A stretch of DNA of 59,164 nucleotides, counting the filler, from Asterionella formosa (taxonomy: Eukaryota), in the NCBI GenBank assembly GCA_002256025.1. It is 4 parts of 4 records of this genome, joined end to end, with 100 filler letters (N's around TTAATTAATTAA, not from the genome) between each part and the next. Parts side by side here need not be neighbours in the genome. Positions count along the whole stretch, not along the records: positions 44,458 to 59,164 come from NKIB01005818.1; 3 more parts are not named here. One strand, 5' to 3'. Positions within the stretch are counted from its first letter, which is position 1. Every line of letters begins with the position of its first letter. The position numbers were made by a program, and so were the translations under genes. The notes below the pieces were generated by a model, which was not told the origin of the DNA, searched no databases, and worked only from the letters and a program-made list of their open reading frames with translations. Positions 45,871-57,849 of this stretch are shown piece by piece.

Positions 45871-47407
45871 ATGACCGCAACAAACATGGTGATGAGCTCC
45901 ATCATGGTTTTTCTTCTGGCATGGCTTGGCGAATCTGCATTTGTGCAGCAATCATCCAGAACGAAGATGTTATTTCACAAGCCATTGTATGATACAACTC
46001 AACAGCAGCAGATCGACCCAACGTACTATTCATCCTTACCAGAGTATCATTCTTCGTCTCCTTCCATCCTTTCTACTACTACTACTACTACTTATACTAC
46101 TACTAGTAGTAGTAATAATAAGCCTGGAGAAGTAATCGCACCATTGACACTGACTAGATATTTAGATACCGTGGCCAAGTGCAATGAAGAGGTACGTGGA
46201 GTGGTGGTTGGACTGTCGAAATACTTTGGCAGTTACCAGTACTCTCATTTGAGGGAACGACACTTGACAGTAACACATCCATCGATGCTTACTGGACTGC
46301 AGCACACATACCATGTATGAATATTTAACTGACTGACTGACTCTCTCCTTTCACCTATTGTACCACATTCAACTTCAGCTCCGTCCTCTTACTGAAATGA
46401 TCCTTTCCATTCAACTTTCTTGTAAAACCATTTCACATTTAGTTAATCGAGCTGGATTAGTGTATGGCCCTTCTTCTCGCAATGCCTTGAATGACAAATA
46501 CACCATGAACGATCAAACACATACCACCGATGGTCGCTTTTATTCCATGACACGATTGGACCAATTGTCCACACAAGTGTTGAAAAATGCATTACGGTTT
46601 ACTGGCAAAGTTGCCATGGTCAAGGCAGAACCAGTATCCGAAGAACGACCAGCGGAACATCAACCAGGTGTATTGATTGCCAAGGCACTAGATGATAGTG
46701 AATATATTGCTGTACTGGACCCCCTGGATGGGAGTGGGAATGCGGATGCTGCAATTTGTTCTGGAACTGTCTTTGGGGTCGTTCGGGCAATGCCACCACC
46801 ACCAAAAACAACCATGGAAGAGGAACGAACGGTCCAACAAGAAATGGTTCAAAGTGTACTGCAACCTGCCAGTCAAATGAAGGCAGCAGGATATTGCTTG
46901 TATTCATCTGCAACAGTTTTTGTATTTACTCTAGGAGAGGAAGTGAATGGATTTACGTTGGATCCACAACAAAATGAATTTATTTTAACCCATTCGAATT
47001 TTACGATTCCAGAACGAGGGAATGTCTACTCATGCAATGAAGGCAACTCAGAGGGATGGACAGATGATTTCAAAGAGTACTTGAAAGGATTAAAGACTGG
47101 AAACAACCAATCAGGACAACGATATGCTCATCGATATGTGGGTAGCATGGTCGGTGACATTCATCGAACATTGTCCTATGGGGGGATCTTTTGTTATCCA
47201 GCAGATAATGGTCAACACCCCAAAGGCAATTTGCAACTCCTGTACAAGTCAGCCCCCATGGCCTTTGTTGTTTCCAAGGCTGGTGGACGAGCGATAGATG
47301 GCCAAAGTGGAGATTTGTTAAATGTCGTACCAGGTCATGTCCATCAAAAGTCTCCCTGCTTTATGGGATCACGCTTGGATATTGACGAATTGGAAACATT
47401 TTTGTGA
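45871..47407 (+). CDS. Class I fructose-1,6-bisphosphatase homolog, plastid-targeted, with a degenerate active site; intron 46192-46378
   Basis: Signal peptide ESA-F; phase-0 GTACGT...TTCAG intron; DPLDGSGN, YSCNEGN and RYVGSMVGDIHRTL.YGG; GNLQLLYK in place of GKLRLLYE. Confidence 0.9.
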
Positions 47408-48288
47408 CGCCATGCCTAGTCGCCTGTTGCGGCAAGTGACTAGATAACATATATTGAAACTTTTTATATATTATACATATATATATATTGTAATAATTTA
47501 CAGTACACAAAAAAGAGCAAGACTGAGTATGGCAGTGCACTGGAACAGTTTGACACTGTATTGATACTATAAGAATTAGTTCAATTCATGCATCATTCAA
47601 ACAACTGGCTTGGTGTTTTAGGCTAAGGAATATTGAGCAAAAGGTATACTGTATCCTTCATTATGTATAAATTTTATATGTTGCACCAATCTCATTTAAA
47701 TTGTGTACCATTATTTATCAGCAAAACAACAATAAAAGGTAGTTCATCTACAGTTCTAAAGGGATCTGGTTTAATAATAGATTATGGTGAAACTGATGGT
47801 AACCCTTTTACCAGTATGAATTCATATAATGTTGTGCTGTGATTCTGATGAATGCGCCAAGGAAACTTTTTAGGATTTGCACATTACATGAATGTATTTT
47901 GCTGGCATGTAGCAATACAGTATTTAGTCAGTCATTGAAGGGGTGCTAAGAGGTTCATGCACGCCTTTGTGCGTAGGAGAAAACTGGTATACCGGTTATC
48001 CTCATTCATACCACATACCTTTTTAGTACCGTACATCGATTGTACTGGTATTCCCTTGCTATTTTCGGGTGCTGCTTGCTAGCAACATCATTCAGTATCA
48101 CATGTTCCAGTATACGTCGTAGCTTGTTGTACAACGTGCGTGCCTGATGATCGGACGCCGCCCAGTCGCAAATCATCTCCACGTGGTGGTGATGTTTTAT
48201 TTAATTTATTTTCCTCCGCCTTGGCCGATCGTTTCAATCCTTTTGGTTTCTCAATCATTGTTGAAGGACAATAAATGACTCCGTCACC

Positions 48289-49353
48289 ATGAGACAACAA
48301 CGCAACATTCGAATCCTCCTTGTACTGCAACAGCTGCTGCTACTGGTGGTGGTGGTGGTGGTAGCAGCTACCAATACTCTTGGTTCGAGAAGTAGTATTA
48401 TTGCGAGTCGATATAGTCCTTTGGTCCATTCTCATTTTCATTCTCATCGCTCCGTATCATTATCCGCCTCCTCCTCCAGTATGACTACATGCTTGTCGAT
48501 TCCTCGAGGTGGTGCTAAAGTTGCCAAAAACAACAACAAAAACAGCAGCACCACCACCACCAACAACAACGCTATTACCAAGATGATTCAATCCATGTTG
48601 AAACGTACCAAGAAAGTGTCACCTGCCTTGTACAATATTCTATATAGCTTTTTTACTTCAATCGAACAATTGACAGGTGTTACATTACTGTTGCCAAAAC
48701 AAAAGAGGAAGAAAAATCATGATGATGGTAACAAGAACAAGAAAAAGAGAAACAAAACGACGACAACAGAAGATGCAGTGGAAACAGAAACAGTTGTCAA
48801 AAGGAAAGCAAAGTCATCCACAAAAAAGTCGTCCAAGAAACAACCACGACAACAAAAACAAGTTTTAGAATCCAAAAACCCAACTTTGGCACATTTATCC
48901 TCCAAACTTCAATCCAACAATCCCAATTATCGCATTCAACGTGAACTTAAAGAATTCCTTCGCGACCCACCTGCCAATCTTTCTGTCAAGGTTGGGTCGA
49001 ACATTCGAATATGGATCATTACCATGGTGGGGGCTGTTAACACTGTCTATGAAGGAGAAACATACAAATTGCGTGTCATGTTCCCTCCTGGATATCCCAC
49101 AGTACCACCATCTGTGTACTTTCTACCACCACCACCTCTTCATGAACATGTGTACACCAATGGGGATATTTGTTTGTCTTTGTTGGGCAAGGATTGGAAA
49201 CCCACCATGACAGCTCAAAGTATTGCCTTGTCCATATTGAGTATCTTATCAAGCGCATCGACCAAATCATTGCCCATGGACAATTCACGTCATAGTCAAA
49301 ACAAACCAGGACAGTATCAAAAGGATTGGGTCTATCATGATGATAACTGCTAA
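48289..49353 (+). CDS. UBE2W-like ubiquitin-conjugating enzyme E2 with an N-terminal signal peptide and transit-like extension
   Basis: RIQRELKEF, YPTVPPSVYF, HEHVYTNGDICLSLL (catalytic Cys) and C-terminal WVYHDDNC. Confidence 0.88.
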   Translation: MRQQRNIRILLVLQQLLLLVVVVVVAATNTLGSRSSIIASRYSPLVHSHFHSHRSVSLSASSSSMTTCLSIPRGGAKVAKNNNKNSSTTTTNNNAITKMIQSMLKRTKKVSPALYNILYSFFTSIEQLTGVTLLLPKQKRKKNHDDGNKNKKKRNKTTTTEDAVETETVVKRKAKSSTKKSSKKQPRQQKQVLESKNPTLAHLSSKLQSNNPNYRIQRELKEFLRDPPANLSVKVGSNIRIWIITMVGAVNTVYEGETYKLRVMFPPGYPTVPPSVYFLPPPPLHEHVYTNGDICLSLLGKDWKPTMTAQSIALSILSILSSASTKSLPMDNSRHSQNKPGQYQKDWVYHDDNC

Positions 49354-49534
49354 GAATAGACTTTATAAATGGCAGAGGGTTAACCATACTATCACCACAA
49401 ATATGGTTTCTGCTACTAGCTACATGGAGTGGGAATCGACAATAGATACAAAAAGACGAGCTATAATAATAGTACTAGTACTAGTGCTACTAGCACCATG
49501 ACAACAAGAAAGTACTATTTATAGAAGATCTTCA

Positions 49535-49922
49535 AATTGCTCACACAATGTACGCATTGTCTGTAAAACGTCCATTCATTTTTATGTTGCCTTCAACGGA
49601 GCAAGAATGATTGTTACTAGTACATTGTCTCAAGCATGTGGGCTTGTTGTTACATAGGCAGCATTGGGTTGTAATTCGCCAAAATACTGGAGCACCTAGT
49701 AGACATGACAAACGGCAATTTGGCCTTTTTCCAATTGCTCACACAATATATGCATTGTCTATAAAAAGTCCATTCAGTTTTATGATGCCTTCAAGGGAGC
49801 AAGAGTGATTGTTACTAGTACATGGTCTCATGCATGTGGGCTTGTCGTTATAGGTACCGTTGGGTTGTAATTCGCCAAAATACTGGAGCACCTGGTAGAC
49901 ATGACAAATGGCAATTTGGGCT
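49535..49922. repeat. Tandem duplication, ~198-bp period
   Basis: AATTGCTCACACAAT...GGCAATTTGG occurs at 49535 and 49733. Confidence 0.92.
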
Positions 49923-50609
49923 TGTCGCCCATCACCAGAAGGGACATGTTATGGTCGGGGCTTAAGTACCGGTAAATCGCATCGATGATGGAACTCATTG
50001 ACGAACGTTTCAAATCATTGGATATACCAGAAAATTCGATTCACGTACGTAGTTTCGACCTTTTATATCCTCCTGTTCATTTGCATGGACCTTGACATTT
50101 TAATCCGCGATATATATGGTGCACAAATAAATTACATTCTGTTTACACCCAAGCAAGGTATTCGATCTACAAACCGTCTTTTTAAACGTTGGCGAGCATT
50201 GTTCAATGTTCTGAACCTATTCGAGTTTCGATTCAACATCCCATCGTCCCCTTCGCAACCCATTCGTCTATGTGTATGAATGTAAAAGATATCTATTCCA
50301 CAAATATACAATATAAATACGTAATACGGAGAACTATTTTATCATTCATGGATTATTTGTCGGTCGCACACAAAATGCAACGGTAACAATAATATTATAA
50401 CATATATTACGTAGTAGATTTTATCCTGTTCACACAATATTACTAATACACAAGAATCGCCGACACAACAGAAAGGTCCAACAAAATATGAACAAATCGC
50501 CTCCAACAAAATATTAATAATACGGCAATAATGCGCAAGCCATCGTGACTTCCGGCGGTAATGCAGGCATATAAAATAACGCAGTCAGAGCGAAACGAAC
50601 TTGTCTATC

Positions 50610-52332
50610 ATGGAGAAAGCGATGGACAAATGCTCTCTAGGCAACGAAAAGTCGTTTGACAATGTTCATACTACTCCTAATGACTCAAAGAGTCCTGCAC
50701 TCGGTGTCCATTTTGCAACCTCCGGCAGGAAGAACATACAAGCAGCTGACAAACGCGATGATCAGGACAGTGGGACTATCAAGACGGTGAGTTATGCAGT
50801 TGTACTTAAACCATCATGGCGTAGGCGCTTGTTGGCTTTGCTTACTTGACCGGCGTGTGTCTCTCTGACACCATTTCCAATTTTCCTCTACTATTTAACG
50901 ATCCCATTCTATTGCTGTATAATAAATACATTTTTCCTGATTGATACCACAGGTTGATTCAGACACCACGGCATGTCGAATGCTGCAGAAAATGCTTAAT
51001 TTGAATCCATCTCTGATGAATGAATCGAACTACTACGATGACGATGCAGTAAGGGGTCTCTTGCATGTTCATGCCAAAAAGGTAGTATGCGTCAAACATC
51101 CATTTTTCGGATTAAACGACAAAGTCGCGTATCCATTGTACAAATTGGCATGTTTGCGACCGTCTGTTAGTGTTATTCGCCTTTGTCACCAAGCGTTTCC
51201 CAATGCTATTGAAGTTACTGCAGAGTCGTATCAGCGATTGCCTCTCCATGCTGCATGTGTTCACGGTGCGCGCTTGGAAACTGTACAATACTTGGTGAAA
51301 CAGTACCCCGCCGCGCTTGATATTGGAGATTACCAAGGCCATCTTCCCGTTCAGCTGGCTATTATTCACCAAAAGGAGAGCAAGGTGCAAAGATACTTAC
51401 TACAGCAAGTCAGCAAAGATCGAGTGCGTTTCCTTTCGGAACTATTTCTACTTTGCCTGGAACACAAGTCGTCTAAATCAGTTATCAAGACATTGTTGAA
51501 AATCAAAGACAATAATGGGGCTTTTCCTGTACTCGAGGCCCTCCAGGACGATGAAGGAACAGCCTTACACAAGGCAATCCGCTTGGGTACTAATGTGGAC
51601 ATTATCATGTTGATGCTCAAACTATCACCAGAACTAGTTTCCATAGCTGACGAGGAAGGATGGTTGCCCCTCCATGACAGTGTTGGTTCAAATCATAAGC
51701 AAGTATCCGTGGTGAGTGTTTTGGTACAAACATACCCAGCAGCACTCACCATGACGACCAACCTTGGTTGCTGTCCTTTGCATCTGGCAATCCGATACAA
51801 TGCTCCCTTTGAAATTGTGCAACTACTCTGCAACGAGGAGACCGCCCAGCTGTATGATTGTGATGCTCATTACCCACTTCATTTTGCCTGTAGGGCACAA
51901 AGTGAAATTCGTGTCATTTGCTTGCTATTAAAAAGGTTTGGTGCCGCAACCGCGATGGAGGACAATCGGGGTATGACACCACTACACTTAAGCTGCAAGT
52001 ATCATAAGACGGAAATTGATAAGGTAGAATGCGATCCACAACTTAAAATCAAAGTGATTACGCTGTTGGTCAAGGCAGATCCTGACGTGTTGATGTGTCG
52101 AGATGATGACGGGTACACTCCCTTGGATTTGGCCTGTTTATTGGAAGATGGCGCTATCCCATTCAAGGCTAAGCACTATATGGCTTTACAAAATGGAAAA
52201 ATAGCTAAAAAGAGGCAATTTTACAATATGATACAAGGTAATGATGATGATCATTACAGGGGAGGGTCTCCTATGAACATTATGTTTTCACAAGAACGTC
52301 GTGATGGTGAATCATCTGGTGAGACAAGGTAA
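50610..52332 (+). CDS. Ankyrin-repeat protein; intron 50787-50952
   Basis: Multiple ankyrin motifs (LPLHAAC, TALHKA, CPLHLA, YPLHFAC, TPLHLSC, TPLDLAC); phase-0 GTGAGT...ACAG intron. Confidence 0.88.
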
Positions 52333-52415
52333 GATGATGATCATTGCAGGGGAGGGTCTCCTATAAACATTATGTTTTCACAACAACGTCGTGATGATGA
52401 ATCGTCTGGTGAGAC
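52234..52415 (+). repeat. 91-bp tandem duplication spanning the ankyrin gene stop codon
   Basis: CAAGGTAA(T)GATGATGATCATT...CTGGTGAGAC occurs at 52234 and 52325. Confidence 0.9.
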
Positions 52416-55078
52416 TGGTGACTCGTATATTGGAAAGGATTAGCATCCTGAGCTAGTGCCACGAATTCATCTGTAAGCAAGTGACATGAAGAGAATCCAT
52501 GGGCCAATAAGGGGTTGGCTCTGTGGTTATGTGTATTGGAATAGGATGATACAAGGGAGGTGAGATACAATCATTTTTATCTCTGCCTCTAGAGATTTCT
52601 CTTGTGGTCGATTGTGGGGTTGACAAGCAAGATAGATAGACTTGAATCACCAATTAACAGTAGGTCTACATATTTATGGTACAGGCAAGTCAATAACTCA
52701 AAGTAGGGGTTGCGTAGATTGGCAAAGTCTAGTGCTATGCATGGTAGGCAGACCTATACTATGCTGCAAGCTGTGTGATACAACCAGGGTACCAGGTATC
52801 CTCATGCACTAGAATAGCTTGTTTTGATCACTTTGGAATTTATAGCAATTTCCTGAGATTTGCACCTTTAGGAATTTCCTGAACAAAGTCATAGTCATAG
52901 GTGGCTGTTCTCTCGTTTTTGACACCACTGGAAGAATCTATGTATTTATTTCGCTTTATCCTTCAATGAATTGAAGATGTTCTTTACTTAAGAAGAATTA
53001 AGCACCTTTCCGGCGACATGCTGTCAGTTTCAGGGAAGTGACCACAACTTGCTGGGCAGTCCATGCATATTGGTAGTAAGCTCTACATATTAATTGCCGG
53101 GAAGCAGGTATATCATGATGGTGTACCGGGTATCACGTGCAGGCAACCATCTGTTTGGAGGGAATCTTACTATGCATATGACCTACTGCATAATATTTAG
53201 TGCTTTAGACGAGGGAAACAGGGGGATGTGCAAGGAGTGTGCATTGAAACCAAGGGAACAACAAACCAACTAGGAGCAAGCGAAATTTGAGGTGGAGGCC
53301 AAGTTAGCCATGACGGGAGCTAATTCTGTCTAGCCAAAAATGAAGATAAGGTTTGATGGCTAGTGAATGACAGTAAACCACGCAAGAGAAAATCATGGAA
53401 GAGTCAATCAGCCCATGAACACCAACATGTAAGGGTTTCAAGGCGGAATTAAAGGAGACAGAAAGCTCACAACTCTTCGAATCAACTTTCAGCAAAAAGC
53501 AACATCGTTGAATCCAAGCTGTGCAAAAATTTATTGTCAATAGATAAAATTCACCCTCCTTCCTACGTCCCACCCACGGCTAAAGTGCAAACTCGACTGC
53601 ACCTACGGAGACCCGGAGGTGGAAGTGAATCATACCATGTAAAACCAAAATCGCAAGCGTCCCAAGATTAACCATCGAGGAGAAGCGAGAGAATTATTAG
53701 CAAGAAAAGGTAGTCGAACAAGTCGGTAATTGAGTCGAAGTACCGGCACACAAGCGTGGACAACCTACAGTATTACCGGTCCTCCATTTCGTCATAATAT
53801 ATACAGGTAGGCTACCGTAACATTGTATACAACACATAGCTAGCATGGCTGCATGCAATTTTTGGGGCCACTGGGTAGACCTCTGTAGGCCTGGTATTAG
53901 CATAAACCCTAAACCTAAGGTATATAATATTTTGCGCCTTGATTGGCATGTAGTAGGTAGTAATCACATCCACCACCCATGCTGTCTTTATTTTGTTGCT
54001 TTACTCAACAATAGAACATTTTCCCATGACGCTTTATATTGCCTTATTGCCGCCATTACTAGCGCTGATAGTAGACACAGGAAGTAGCATGGGACGACAC
54101 AATTTGGTTTATATATGAATTATTTTGTCAAATAGCTTAATATAACTTGTAGCACGAAACTGCAGAAAGGAACTTCAGTCATTTAACTATGCCAAATAAA
54201 GTGATTTCACCCGAAATTTCTAGTCTTACAGCATAGTTTACAAAATAAAGATCCTTTCTGCAGTTTCTCGCCAGATCCTATAATAATAATGTTGTTATAT
54301 AGAGTTGACCTATACCCCTACATTGATCAATAACTGTATCTTAGCATATGGAAAGGGTGTGAATTGGTGAAAGCTCCGTTTAGAGACATACATTTACATT
54401 TTACTTGTAAGTAGTGTGTGGTTGAATACTCTGACTCAATATTATTATGCTAACAATGTATTTCTTAATGAAATCGTAGATGTAACTATCATTATGCCTT
54501 GTGTTGGTTCTTGGCAGTGAGATTTTTTTCCGGTATCATTGTCACTTCTGTGCTTGCATGTTTGTTTGTTGTTGCTTGTTGTGCTTGTTGCTTGTTTTGG
54601 GCGCTTGTTGTCACTTGTGTGTACTGAAAATAGTTCTCTTGTTCTTGATTTTGTCGATGTCTTTCATTCCTGTTGTGGCGCTTGTGATAGAATTTGATGC
54701 TTGGGTGGGTTACATTTCCATTTCAACACTTGTCACTTGTTGGATGAAGATGGCGCTTGCTTGCATCAACCTGTTGATTGTTGTTTCCACTAGCTGCTTT
54801 TCGATTTATTTCTGTAAAATGGTAACACTCATGATGGCACAGCAATGTTAGTGTACTTCGAGGTCAACAGCACTGTGGAAAAGCGGAACAAAACATCCCA
54901 GTTGTTAGCAGTAGACATTATTTCTTGAATCAAGCTCATCATTGTGACAATCCTTTGTAAATAGTATGAGATTCTGTTTTGTTTAGCTTCATCATGATGA
55001 AACAACTTCTACATGACATGTCTACATCGAAACATACCAGCATTAAAACTCCGAAAAAATTAATTATTGTTACTTTGC

Positions 55079-55204
55079 GATTTTCCTTTTCTTCATCTTT
55101 CAGCCAATCTTGTTGGCCACATTGTTTCAGACTTAAGCTTGCCATATATGTATTAGTTTAAGTCTAAAATGTGGCCAAGATTGGCTGACAGATGAAAGAA
55201 ATCA
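55079..55204. repeat. Imperfect inverted repeat (hairpin with ~45-bp arms)
   Basis: TTCATCTTTCAGCCAATCTTGTTGGCCACATTGTTTCAGACTTAA pairs with TTAAGTCTAAAATGTGGCCAAGATTGGCTGACAGATGAA. Confidence 0.85.
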
Positions 55205-55628
55205 TTTTCGATTGACCCCTCAATTCCTTGCTCTTGATTGCAGCAACAAAACGAAATTAATTTAGCAATAAACAATGCAAAGAAGTTTGAATTCTGTTTA
55301 CCACCAAAATTAATACCCTTTTACCCCTTGGTTGCAACTAATTTGAAGCACGCACCTCAACAGGTTGCATGTGCAGTATGTAGGGAGGAGTACAACAATG
55401 TACTAGGGTACCGGTACTACTTACCGTACTAACCTGGTATAGTACCTGGTACGCACGCACGCACCTTGTACAAACTACCAGAGTTCTACATACCGTGTGA
55501 GTCTATGTGGTACTAGTACAGTACCGTAGGACCTGGTAGCAACGCACAGGTGCCTGGTATTTTGTTTGTTTCCTCGTCGTCCATCCCCGATCACAAAAGT
55601 CTTCACACCATGAATAACAACGCACCAC

Positions 55629-55675
55629 ATATAAATATATATATATATATATATATATTTTATATATATATATAT
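55629..55675. repeat. (TA)n microsatellite
   Basis: Interrupted ATATAT run. Confidence 0.9.
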
Positions 55676-56664
55676 GTTGCAGCACTGCCTGGTTCCTGGT
55701 GGTTTCGTTTTTCTACATCATAAATATCGTAAGGTATGTACTGTAGCAGGAGTAGCTTGTTGAGAATGGCTACCTGGTACCAAGTACCAGGTACCAGGGC
55801 ACCAGTATGCATAACGACATGTACATACATGTCATTATATATCTATGTACCCGTTATTCACAATTATTGTACCAGTGCTTGTGTCTTGTGTATGTGTAAC
55901 TCTGGTCCTGGTAGCTTACCAGGTACTCTTAGTCTTGTAACTGACCTGTCATCCTTGTTTTGGTGCCACTGCGGTCCGGATATAATATATTCAAAAACGA
56001 ATATATTTAGTTGTATGAATAGGTTTTTGACAGTTTCTTCTACACCACCTCCTCCTCCTCGCACATAATGGCGAAGCAAGGATTTCGGCCAGGACCAACA
56101 ATGATGTTACCAGTCGTATGGTACCCTGGTACCGCACGTAGAGAGGATAAGTGAGAAAATGCAAGTCCCAACATACATTCTACGCACCTCTGCGCAAGGT
56201 TCCGCGCATGGTGAAAAACCGTTTATACTCATCTTCATAGCACAATACACAGCGAACACTCACGTAGAATGAGTAGCAGTGTACAATTACCAAAGCTGTT
56301 GCGTTGCTTGCTTGCTCGAAGTTGTACATACACCCCAGGTAGTAAGTAGATGAGTACATGGGATAAAGAAAAGAAATATTCTGCACTACATACAAATATT
56401 TTGGTAATAAAAAACTATTCGCATCAGCTTTGGTGTGATCGATTGTTTTGTTTCTTTGATAAGTAGTAGTGGTTCTTTGGATTGATTTTCTTTCCCTTTG
56501 TCATTTGATTCCCACAGCAGTGCAGGACGGTGACACTAACGAGACCACCGCTCGGGCTCACAAAGAGCAATAAGACTTCGAAGCGCAATCGAACGAGTTT
56601 TCGAAAAGCAGAATAATTCAGAGATTAAGCGAAAAGCCGAACTGAAACAAAACCTGTCAGCACA

Positions 56665-57849
56665 ATGAGTTCTCCCAATGCCAGCTCCCCACCGCCGACG
56701 CCCTTGCGCAACAACTACGCCGCTCCGAACACACCCATTACATCGATCAAGCGCCCTCGCCAGAGCATCGAACCTAAATCCGTGCCTTCCACGCCATGCA
56801 CAACAAAGCCGGAACGCGTGGAGCAAATGTCTCCCATGCATCCCCCCAAGCCAGTGGAGAACGCAGAGGAAGAAACGACCAGCTGGGTGGGGCGCAAGGT
56901 GGACGCCCTCTTTAGTCCGGTGCTGCACATGTTTAGTCATGGAGGCACTGCGGAGGAGCACGTCGTTACGGATGAAGACGTGGCCATGGAGGACAAGGCA
57001 GCCGCTGAGCCCTATTTGGACCCTTCGCCGGCGGCGCAGGAAGACACGGGAGCCGTGGTCGTGACCAAATCAACGCTGTCGTGTGAGGAGGAGGCAGAGC
57101 TGGAGGAAGACCCCAGCTCCGATGACGAAGATGACTTTAACCCGTACCTCTTTATCAAGTCGCTTCCACGCTACGCAGCTGTGAAACACATGCGCCCTGG
57201 CATTGCCCTTCCGCCCAAGGACCCCAACGCGCCACCGGTCACCCTGGTTCTGGACCTGGATGAAACACTGGTGCATTGCACTGTCGAGTCGTGTACTGAC
57301 GCGGACTTGACCTTCCCAGTGGTCTTTCACGGCATTTCCTACCAAGTGCATGTCCGGCTGCGACCGTACCTATTTGAATTTCTGGAATCGATCCATGACA
57401 AGTTTGAAGTTGTTGTTTTTACCGCATCGCAAAGAGTTTACGCGGACGAATTGTTGGACCGCATTGATCCGAGTAAGTGATTCTTTGTTGCATTGCACGC
57501 CATGGCCAGTTGTTTCCACTGGGTCTCACTTTTTTATTCTACGACAGCCGGCAAGTTTATTCAGCACCGCATGTTTCGAGAGTCATGTCTTGCTGTGGAG
57601 GGAAACTTTTTGAAGGACCTTACTGTCCTAGGCCGGGACTTGTCGAAGGCTGTTTTGGTGGACAACTCACCACATGCATTTGGATACCAGGTGGACAATG
57701 GCATTCCCATTGAATCGTGGTTCGATGATCGGAAGGATACGGAATTGTTGAAGCTTGAAACATTTTGCAGAGAATTGCAAAATGTTCCGGATGTCAGAGA
57801 AGTGGTGAGAAACAAGTTTTTGACCTACCAACGAGTGCTGGATAGTTAG
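56665..57849 (+). CDS. CTDSPL2: CTD small phosphatase-like protein 2 (FCP1/SCP HAD family); intron 57473-57547
   Basis: FNPYLFIKSLP, LVLDLDETLVH, VFTASQRVYAD and LVDNSP..FGYQVDNGIPIESW; a phase-1 GTAAGT...ACAG intron joins the two ORFs. Confidence 0.92.

Noticed and set aside
38795..49353. Functional cluster of organelle-targeted genes
   Set aside because: Functions are unrelated and such genes are common in diatoms; no evidence of co-regulation.
54501..54851. Cys/Leu-rich hydrophobic ORF
   Set aside because: Product of low-complexity CTTGT/GCTTG repeats, with a non-ATG start and no domain.
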